This document shows positions 1-8,168 of a stretch of DNA of 8,354 nucleotides, piece by piece (the first letter of the stretch is position 1; the number at the start of each line of letters is the position of its first letter). The position numbers and the translations under genes are program-made. Origin of the DNA: Paraspadella gotoi (taxonomy: Eukaryota > Animalia > Chaetognatha); assembly GCA_051294375.1 (NCBI GenBank), contig JBJCIZ010000924.1, positions 1-8,354 on the forward strand. Reading direction: 5' to 3'. Under the pieces are notes generated by a model. It did not search any database. It was not told where the DNA came from and saw only the letters and a program-made list of their open reading frames with translations.

Positions 1-489
1 ATTTTCATTTTGTAAAATCTGAGAGAGAGTGTGAAGAGAGCGGAGCACAAAAGTCCGCGGAATCAATACGAAGATGGAAACATCCGTCTCAGAGAGACAT
101 TCTCGTGGCGCTGGTCGAGCCTTCCTCACGAGTGATCACATTTTCTCGTTCAATCACTTTGGAGCGAGTATATAGGCCTCTAAATACAGATGGAGGACGC
201 TACAGACAAACACAAAGAAGCTGAACTAAACATTCCATGGAAGAAAGACTACGGAGCGCAGGACGAGCGCAATACATTCGCGCGTAATAACTGCGAAGAT
301 AACGATAGGAATTTGTATGGAGATATTACTATAAGAGAGAGTTATAAAACACCAAAACATTTAGGTCAATTAACAGGGACGCCTGTGATTAATTTGTGGA
401 ACGACCAAGGGTTAAATGTGGTGCGCGGAGCTAAGCTTTGAAAACTGAAAGATCCAACGCTTGACCGTTGACAGATATCAGTTAAGCAC

Positions 490-708
490 CGCAGGCGAAA
501 TTTGGTTGACAGCGATTGGGATGATCCCAGGTTGCCCGACGAAGAACGCACGGCGTCCGTGTCGGTAGCGTGATCGGACGACGTTGCGTGCGGGCGACGA
601 CCGAGAAGTACCGCCGTCGCGCGCGTACCACGAGTCGACAAAAACCTTGCGAACCGGAAATAAGGTCACGCAGCCTTTGCTGCGGCCGAACGCCGAAAAT
701 GGACCGGT
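490..708. other. Short GC- and CpG-rich segment bordering a very AT-rich stretch (721-835)
   Basis: Dense CG dinucleotides (e.g. ccgccgtcgcgcgcgtacc, gttgcgtgcgggcgacgaccg) with an abrupt switch to aattaattaataagtaatgataat near 724. Function unknown. Confidence 0.5.
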
Positions 709-1059
709 AAAAATCTTGGAAAGGAATTAATTAATAAGTAATGATAATCATAAATAAATTAATATAATATTGCATAAGATTGATTAAAATGAAATGGATA
801 ATTTTTATATTGGTTGTAACCAATTTTATAACATTCCGCAGGCTCCTTGTATTTTGATGCTAGTGAAGCGGAGTACAGATAAGTATTGTCACCCCCGAAT
901 CTAATACTTTAAGGGAGTGGTCTTTCATACAATTGAAAAACAATTCTTTGAATAGCCACTTCAGTTGATAGGTAGAAAGAATCCCCAGGTAACTGTGTGG
1001 GAGTGGAAGTAAAAGAGGACTGTGAAGAGAGTCTGATTGAAGCTTGCGAGGGACCTTGC

Positions 1060-4000
1060 CAATGTTATAGTTTTGAAAAAGGCCTCCAGGTTGAACGCCG
1101 CACTAGCGTCCCTGTCTCTCCAGCGATCGCGCCTATCCTTCGACAGCCAATGTTTAATATTTTAAAAGGGCCTGCCAGGCTTAACGCCTGCATTCCTTCC
1201 TACCGTCCGCACTATCTCGTACACAAATGTTATAACCTTTTTGAAAAGGGCCTCCAGGTTAAAAACGCCCTGCTCCTTCCTCCGCGCGCCTATCCTCGTA
1301 CGACATGTTATATATTTGGAGCAAAAAGGCTCCAGGTAACGGCCCCTGCTGCTTCCTACCGTCAGCCGCCTAATCTCCGCGTGCACAATTTGAAATAATA
1401 TTATTGAAAAGGGCCTCCAGGGTTAACAGGCCCTGCTCCCTTACCTACCCAGTCCGCCTATTCTCGTAACACAAGTTATATTTTGTAAAAAGGGCCTCCA
1501 GGTTAAACGGCCGCTGCTCCTTCCTCCGTCCGCTTCTATCATCGCGACACAATGTCATATTTGAAAAGAGGGCTCAGGTTAGACGCCGCTGCTCCTTCCT
1601 GATCCGTCCGCCTATCTCGTACACAATAGTTATAGTTTGAAAAAGGGCCTCCAGGTTAACGCACTGCTCGCTTTCCTCCGTCCGTCCCGTATCTCGTACA
1701 CCAATAGTTAATATTTTGAAAAAGGGCCCTCCAAGGTTTAACGCCCTGCTGCCTTCCTCCGTCCGCCCTATCTCGTACAAGGCAATGTTATCCATTTTGA
1801 AAAAACGGGCCTCCACAGGTTAACAAGGCCTGCTCCTTCCTCCTGTCCCCGACGTAATACCCGTACACTAAACTGTTATATTTTGAAAACAGGCGCCTCC
1901 AGGTTAACGCCTTGCTCCTTCCTCCGTCCGCCTATCTCGTACACACCATGTTATATTCTTTTGAAAAATGGGCCCTCCAGTGTATACGCCTCGCTTCCCC
2001 TCCTGCCACGTTGTGAACAAGCGACTAATCCTCGTAACACAATGTTATAGGGTTGTTGAAAAAAAGGGCCAATTCCAGCGATATAGACGCCCTGCTCTCT
2101 TCCTCCGTCCCGCTACCTATCTCGGAGCAGAGAATGTTAATAATTTTGAAAAGGGCCTCCAGGTATAACGCCAATCTGCTCATCCCCGTCCCGCGCTCGC
2201 GATAAACTCGTACACAAATGTTAATAGGAGGAAGAATTTGTGAAAGAAAGGGCCTCGCAGGTACCCTAGCGAACGCTGCCTGCCGTAGGCCAAGAGACAA
2301 AATAGCGTATCTCGGTAAATCCAAAATGTTATCATTTCGAAAAAGGGCGACATCCCAGGTTGAACGTCCCTGCTCTCCACTCCGTTAGCCCTATCCTCGA
2401 CACCAATGTTATATTTGAAAAAAGAGGCCTACAGTTAACGCCCTGCCCTGTCCATCCGTCGCCGTATCTCGCCTACAGCAATGTTAATTTTGAAAAAAAG
2501 GGCCTCTCAGGTTAACGCCCTGCGTACTTCCATCCGTCCGCGCTATCTCAGGTACATGCAATGTTATAAATTTTGAAAAAGGCCATCCAGAGTTAACGCC
2601 CTGATCCTTCCCCCGTCCGCCCAGACTATCTCGTACAGCAAGTTCCATAACTGTTTGAAGGGCCTCAAGGTGTAACCGCCTGCCTCCTTCCTCCCGCCGC
2701 CTATCTCGTACAACAATGTTATATTTGTAACAAGCGGCCTCCACAGGCTTTAAGCGACCCGCCCTGATCCTTCTCCGTCCCGCCGCGCTATACTGTCGGT
2801 ACACAATAGTCTATAGCTTTTCGAAGAAAGGCCCTGACCAGGGTTAACAAAACCACCTGCTCCCACCTCCCGTCCCCGAAATGCTATCTCGTATCAACAA
2901 TGTTATCACTTTGAAAAAGGCCTCACAGGTTAACCGCCCTGCTCCCGCTTTCCTCACCCCACGTCCGTCCTCATTCTCTCTATCCCGTAACACAAATGTT
3001 ATATTTTGAAAAAGGCCTCCAGGTTAACGCCACTGCTCCTTGCCTTCCCGTCCGGCCTTATCTACTGTGTCATACAACAAGTGTATCATAGTCCCTGAAT
3101 AAAGGGCCTCAGGTTAACAGCCGCTGCTGTGCCCTGTCTAGCGCGTCCGCACGTCATCGCGCTACAACGAAATGTATAATTACCTGCAAAAAAGGGCCTC
3201 CCCGGCAGAGACTGTTAACGCCACTGCTCCTTCCCTCCGTGGCCGCCTATCTCGTACACTAAAGTATAATTTGACAACAAGAAAGGGCCTCACAGGTAAC
3301 GCTGCTTCTCTTCCTTTATGCTTATGGACCGAGTCCGCAAAAGTCTATCATCAGACACAATGTATTAACTTTTGATAAAATGGGCCCATTCCACGGTAAC
3401 GCCGTCTGAAACTCCTGTCTCCGTCGCCTTATACCTACGTACCACAATGTTATATTTCTATAGAAAAAGGGCCATACCTTCACGGTATCAATCGTCTCTC
3501 TATTAACTATGCTTACCTTATTGCCTGACACGTCACAGCGAACTATTTCTAGATCCACTACGAACTGTTTAATACGAATTTGTCTTGACAAAAAAAGGGC
3601 CATGACAAGGTTAACGTCCCGCGACGGGCCCTGCTCCTTCCTCTCCAGCCTTTGTAATCGTATCCTGCGTTTCCCGCTCATTCTTCGTATCATCACATTG
3701 TTAGTTAGATGTTTTGAAAAAAAGGCCCTCCAGGTTAACGCCCTGCTCCTTCCTTCGCCCCTCCGTCGGGACAGCCTCCGCAGCACCGACCCAAACCCTA
3801 CTCTACCGGTTACACATATAAAGAGAATCGATATTGTTGAAAAAGGGCCTCCAAGGTTAACAAGCCCCTGCTCTTCCTCCGTACCCCTAATCCGTACAAA
3901 TCAATGTGAATATTTTGAAAAAAATGGGCGCGCGCAGGTATTGAACAGGGGTCCGCACTGCCGCCCCTCGGAGGTGAAGCCTTCCTCCGATGGCGTCCGA

Positions 4001-5526
4001 GCTATCTCGTACAACAAGTTATATTTGTTGGAAAAAAGGGCCTCCAGGTTAACGCCCTGCTCCCTTCCTCCGTCCGCCTATCTGTACACAAGTGGTTTAT
4101 ATTTGTGAAAAGGGCCTCCAGGTTAAACGCCCTGCTCGCTCCTAGCCGATCCGCCTATCTCGTACACAATGTTATAAGTTTTTGAAAAGGGCCTCCAGGT
4201 TAACGCAACGCTGCTCCTTCCTCCGTCCGGCAGCTATCTCGGTACACAATGTTATATTTTGAAAAAGGCCTCAGGTTAACGCCTGCTTCCTTCCTCCGTA
4301 CTCGCCCTATCTCAGTACACAAATTTATATTTTGAAAAGAGGGCCTCCAGGTTAACTGCCTGCTTCCTTCCTCCATCCGCCTGATCCGTACACAATGTTA
4401 TATTTGGAAAAAGGGCCTCCAGGTTAACGCCCTGCTCCTTCCTCCGTCGCCTATCTCGTACACAATGTATATTTGAAAAAGGGCCTACAGAGTGTAACGC
4501 CCTGCTCCTTCTATCCGTACCGCACTATCTCGTTAACAATGTTATATTATTTTGAAAAAGGGCCTCACAAGGCTCTAGTACAGCCGCCTGCTCCTTCCTC
4601 CGTCCGCCTATCTCGTAACAACTAATGGTATGATTTGAAAAAGGCCTCCAGGTTTAACAGCCCTGCTCCTTCACCAGTCCGCCGCTATCTCGTACAATCT
4701 CCAATGTTATATTTGAAAAAGGGCCTCCAGGTTTAACGCCCTTGCTCCTTTCCTCACGTCCGCTATGCTCGTACACAATGTTATATTTTTGAGGGCCTCC
4801 AAGGTTAACCCCTGCTCCTTCCTCCGCCGCCTATCTCGTACACAATGTTATTAATGTTTTGAAAAAGGGCCTCCAGGTTAACGCCCTGCTCTTCCTTCCG
4901 TCCGCCTATTCGTACACAATGTTATATTTTGAAAAAAGGGCTCAAAGGTTAACGCCCTCTGACTCCTTCCTCAGTCCCTAATCATCGTACACAATGTTTA
5001 TATTTTGACAAAAAGGGCGCCTCCCAGGGCTTAACGCGGCCTCCCGCCTCCTTCCTGCCGTCCGCACATATCTGCGTAACAAATGTTATACTTTTGAAAA
5101 AAGGGCCTCCATGGTTAACGCCCTGCTCCTTCTCCGTCCGCCCTATTCTCGTACACAATGTTATGACATTTTTAAAAAAGGGCCGTCCAGGTTAACGACC
5201 CTGCTCCTTCCTCCGTCCGCCCTAATCTCGTACACAATGTTATATTTTGAGAAAAGGCCTCCAGAGTTAACGCCCTGCTCCTTCCTCCGTCCGCCTATTT
5301 CGTACACATGTTATATTTTTGAAAAAGGGCCCTCCAAGGTTAACGCACTGCTCCTTCCTCCTCGATCCGCCTATCTCGTACACAATGTTATATTTTGAAA
5401 AAGGGCCTCCAGTGTTAACGGCCCTGCCCTCCTTCTCGTCCGCCTATCTCGTACACAATGTTATATTTGAAAAAGGGCCTGCCAGGTTAACGCCCTGCTC
5501 CTTCCTCGTCTCGCCTATCCTCTCGT
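1060..5526. repeat. Tandem satellite/minisatellite array, ~53 copies of a 71-bp consensus AATGTTATATTTTGAAAAAGGGCCTCCAGGTTAACGCCCTGCTCCTTCCTCCGTCCGCCTATCTCGTACAC
   Basis: The consensus was read from near-perfect copies at about 4395-4465, 5230-5310 and 5385-5457. I counted about 53 recurrences of the GAAAAAGGGCCTCCAGG anchor by eye between 1081 and 5475, all head-to-tail. The array starts at caatgttatag (1060) and ends at ...cctatcctctcgt (5526). Confidence 0.97.
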
Positions 5527-6242
5527 CCTTTTCATCCCTAATTTCTCCAATGGTTATGGATCGCAGCAACATCCCACCCACCTCCGATTTGCATCACCAA
5601 TTTACTAAATTACACTAATACTCGAGAAAATATTCGTAAATCCTTTAACTTTTTATAGTTTGAATAATAATAATATCAATTGTTTATAAATTATAATTAA
5701 AATTTATATCATTCAGACATACACTTTTGTATTGTTCTTTTAAGGCAAAATTCTTGTTTTGCTATTAAATCTTTTATTCAAATCTATTTTAAGAAATAGG
5801 TTATTAAAGCTACAATATGCAAATAAGACTCGATACTATGAAATCCNNNNNNNNNNTCAAAACCTGTTCATCCGACGGCCGACACCTCAAACGCGCGACC
5901 CCGCAGGCATAGAAAATACACAAGATTTTTTACAGATATTGCAAAGATCTTACTTTGTCTTCACGCCCGTGGAGACGAGCGTTTGTGATTTCACGCGGTC
6001 AAACTGCTTAACGTGAGCTTCCAANNNNNNNNNNNNNNAATAGAAGAATGAGACTTTTATTGAAAACACAAAAAAATTTCTTCAGAAACTCGTAAATACG
6101 GAGTTTCTTCCCGGCGAAATAGTATTTGTGAGATTTCATGCAAAACTAATTTCGATCGAAATCTCTCTCAGCCCGCGAAGATACGACATAAAATGGAATT
6201 GGCCTGAAGTGGTCAAATGAGCTTAAGCGAGGCAAGATATCT

Positions 6243-6310
6243 TTAACAGACATTTCGAGTCTTCATTAGCATGATGAAGACTCGAAACAGAGTCGAAACA
6301 TGTCCGTTAA
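6243..6310. repeat. Inverted repeat with a perfect 14-bp arm and an outer imperfect arm; possible relic of a Penelope-like element
   Basis: tttcgagtcttcat (6253-6266) is the exact reverse complement of atgaagactcgaaa (6274-6287), with a 7-nt loop. The reverse complement of ttaacagacatttcga (6243-6258) is tcgaaatgtctgttaa, close to tcgaaacatgtccgttaa (6293-6310). Confidence 0.85.
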
Positions 6311-6311
6311 T
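6265..6311 (+). ncRNA. Degenerate minimal type I hammerhead ribozyme motif of the kind found in Penelope-like retroelements
   Basis: The parts occur in the expected order: stem I 5' attagc (6265-6270); core aTGATGA (6271-6277, canonical CTGATGA with C3 changed); one extra A; stem II gactc (6279-6283), loop gaaaca, gagtc (6290-6294); GAAA (6295-6298); palindromic short stem III acatgt; GTC cleavage triplet (6302-6304); stem I 3' gttaat (6306-6311), pairing with attagc with one G-U. Confidence 0.6.
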
Positions 6312-6459
6312 CCATTATATCGTTGTTTGTTGAAATAATAAACTTTGCTTTGAAAATAAATTCCAAAACGCAACGAAAAAGAAAGGAAATTACATAACTA
6401 TTACTTATTTTAAAAGATAAGAGACAGACCAAAAAAAGACGCCGGCGTCGGCGCTGACC

Positions 6460-6527
6460 GAGAAAGAGAGAGAAAAGAGAAAGAAAGAGAGAGAGAAGAG
6501 AGAGAAAGAAAGAGAGAAGAAAAAGAA

Positions 6528-6558
<31 letters not shown>

Positions 6559-6713
6559 AAGAAAAAGAGAGAGAGAGGACAGAGACAGAGAGAGAGAAAG
6601 AGAGAGAGATAAAAGAAAGAGAAAGAAAAAAAAAAGAGAAAAAAAAAAGAGGAGAGAAGAAAAAAGAGAGAGAGAGAAAGAAAAAGAGAGAGAGAGATAA
6701 AAGAAAGAGAAAG

Positions 6714-6755
<42 letters not shown>

Positions 6756-6756
6756 A
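6460..6756 (+). repeat. Polypurine compound microsatellite of (GA)n, (GAAA)n and A-runs, ~297 bp
   Basis: The top strand is almost entirely A and G with about 4 pyrimidines, and includes a pure (AG)15 at 6721-6750. It explains the Ser/Leu/Phe-rich minus-strand ORFs. Confidence 0.97.
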
Positions 6757-6783
6757 CAATCAGACACAAAAGTTGTCATAGTG

Positions 6784-6960
6784 TACGATAAGAAAGACGA
6801 CAATGACAACGAAGACTATGAAAATGATACATTGAGGACAATGTGGAAGAAAAGAACAACAAAAAAGAAATTGATAAAGCAGAAGACATTGAAGAAGACG
6901 AAGAAAAAAGATCATGACGACGAAGACAATAAAAAAAGAGGAAAAGAAAAGGACAATATG
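6784..6960 (+). repeat. Low-complexity degenerate (GAN/AAN)n trinucleotide-like region
   Basis: Recurrent 9-mers gacgacaat, gaagactat, gaggacaat, gaagacatt, gaagacaat and aaggacaat; the translation is D/E/K/N-rich. Confidence 0.7.
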
Positions 6961-7315
6961 TGGCGGTATATTCAACCCGCCTCACATCCACCATTGTTCA
7001 GCCAATACCATTGTCCCAGGGCGTTGTTTCCATCCACAGTCTGTATGATCTTCCCTCTGCGTTGGCAAAGCGAGACGTCCGTAGCGGTAACCGGCCAGTG
7101 ACTGGAAGCGTCACTGAGGGTCGTAAGCCCCAAAGCCAACAGTGAGATCCCATCCCATCCCAATGGGCATCACAGGCAACCAGGCTGTTGCCATAAAGTG
7201 ATAGAAACGATACTAATTGAGTCGGTGCAGGCAGGTTAGATTCCGCCGTTTATATTTTGTAATTTCGGGTTTCTGATGAGTTTACTGGTTTGGGCTTGTT
7301 ACATCATTAAAACTG

Positions 7316-8168
7316 TAAAACACAAAAATTTGCTTCAACCCTACATCAATGTAATCTCGGGAAAGCTGTTAAACCTAAATACCTTTCCTTTTAAAAAGAA
7401 ACCTGTGTAAACGAATTCATCAAAGTCAAAGTAGGAAAAAAATGAAAATCCTAGTTCTTTCTTTGTTATTTCTTCGGTTTGAGTAGTTCATTGGCAAAGC
7501 TGTTTCTCCCTTGCTTAAAAACTCAAAATCGCTAAAATCCGCAATAACCTGATATTACTGGAACCTTATGTGACCTGTTCAATCTGTCAATGATACTAAG
7601 TTTGGATAAACCTGGGTAAACGAATATNNNNNNNNNNNNNNNNNNNNNNNNNNNNNNNNNNNNNNNNNNNNNNNNNNNNNNNNNNNNNNNNNNNNNNNNN
7701 NNNNNNNNNNNNNNNNNCTTAAAACTCAAAACCGCTAAAATCCGCTACAGACCGTAAAAGCCTAAACCTATTACTAACTAATAAAAGTGTTTTTAAGTTT
7801 TAAATATGATAAACCTGAGTAAACGAGTNNNNNNNNNNNNNNNNNNNNNNNNNNNNNNNNNNNNNNNNNNNNNNNNNNNNNNNNNNNNNNNNNNNNNNNN
7901 NNNNNNNNNNNNNNNNNNNNNNNNNNNNNNNNNNNNNNNNNNNNNNNNNNNNNNNNNNNNNNNNNNNNNNNNNNNNNNNNNNNNNNNNNNTATTGAAACC
8001 CATAGATATTGTCAGATGTGATAAACCTGGTTAAACGAGTGACCTATAGTAAAAAAATTGTTTTTGCAAATTTTTTAAAGGANNNNNNNNNNGACTAAGT
8101 TAAGGAAAAAATTTATTACTACGTAGAAAAAAAAGATGAGCATTTGAGTTTTGGATATGATAAAGGTG
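7316..8168. repeat. Degenerate repeat with ~203-212 bp spacing, interrupted by N gaps
   Basis: Block A, AAACCTGnkTAAACGArT, starts at 7399, 7608, 7811 and 8023. Block B, cttaaaa(a)ctcaaaayCGCTAAAATCCGC, lies at 7514-7542 and 7718-7745, with a weaker match near 7316-7345. agttttggatatgataaaggtg (8147-8168) resembles agttttaaatatgataaacctg (7796-7817). Confidence 0.8.

Noticed and set aside
190-669. Short ORFs 190-441 (+), 366-641 (-), 478-669 (-), and a possible exon after ttgacag at about 474
   Set aside because: I recognise no domain or motif, the ORFs are short and overlapping, and the exon structure cannot be supported without transcript data.
809-824. Inverted repeat attggtt-gt-aaccaat
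   Set aside because: A 7-bp arm in very AT-rich DNA is plausible by chance and has no supporting context.
30-1031. 11-bp direct repeat tgtgaagagag at 30-40 and 1021-1031 as a target-site duplication
   Set aside because: The motif is purine-rich and low in complexity, and the enclosed sequence shows no terminal repeats or coding remnants.
1060-5526. CRISPR array
   Set aside because: The whole unit is repeated, so there are no unique spacers. No cas genes are present and the context appears eukaryotic.
997-5618. ORFs within the satellite (e.g. 997-1398, 3509-4108, 3322-3786, 5111-5398, 5319-5618)
   Set aside because: The 71-bp unit is not a multiple of 3 and indels shift the frame constantly. 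The peptides are cyclic translations of the repeat (EKGPPRLTPCS..., FEKGLQV...).
6161-6170. ATCTCTCTCA, matching the start of the PacBio SMRTbell adapter
   Set aside because: Only 10 low-complexity bases match and the following sequence does not continue the adapter.
6307-6994. Hydrophobic minus-strand ORFs resembling membrane proteins
   Set aside because: They are translations of the (TC)n/(TTTC)n complement of the purine-rich tracts, open in several frames because stops are absent.
7096-7192. Small hairpins cagtgac/gtcactg (7096-7116) and ggcaac/gttgcc (7175-7192) as a Helitron 3' end or terminator
   Set aside because: Stems of 6-7 bp are expected by chance, and there is no CTRR terminus or T-run downstream.
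7214-7247. tRNA/SINE-like A box (taattgagtcggt) and B box (ggttagattcc)
   Set aside because: Both boxes deviate from consensus, they are only ~7 nt apart, and no cloverleaf can be formed.
7273-7279. CTGATGA hammerhead core box
   Set aside because: It is not followed by a stem II and a GAAA box at a suitable distance.
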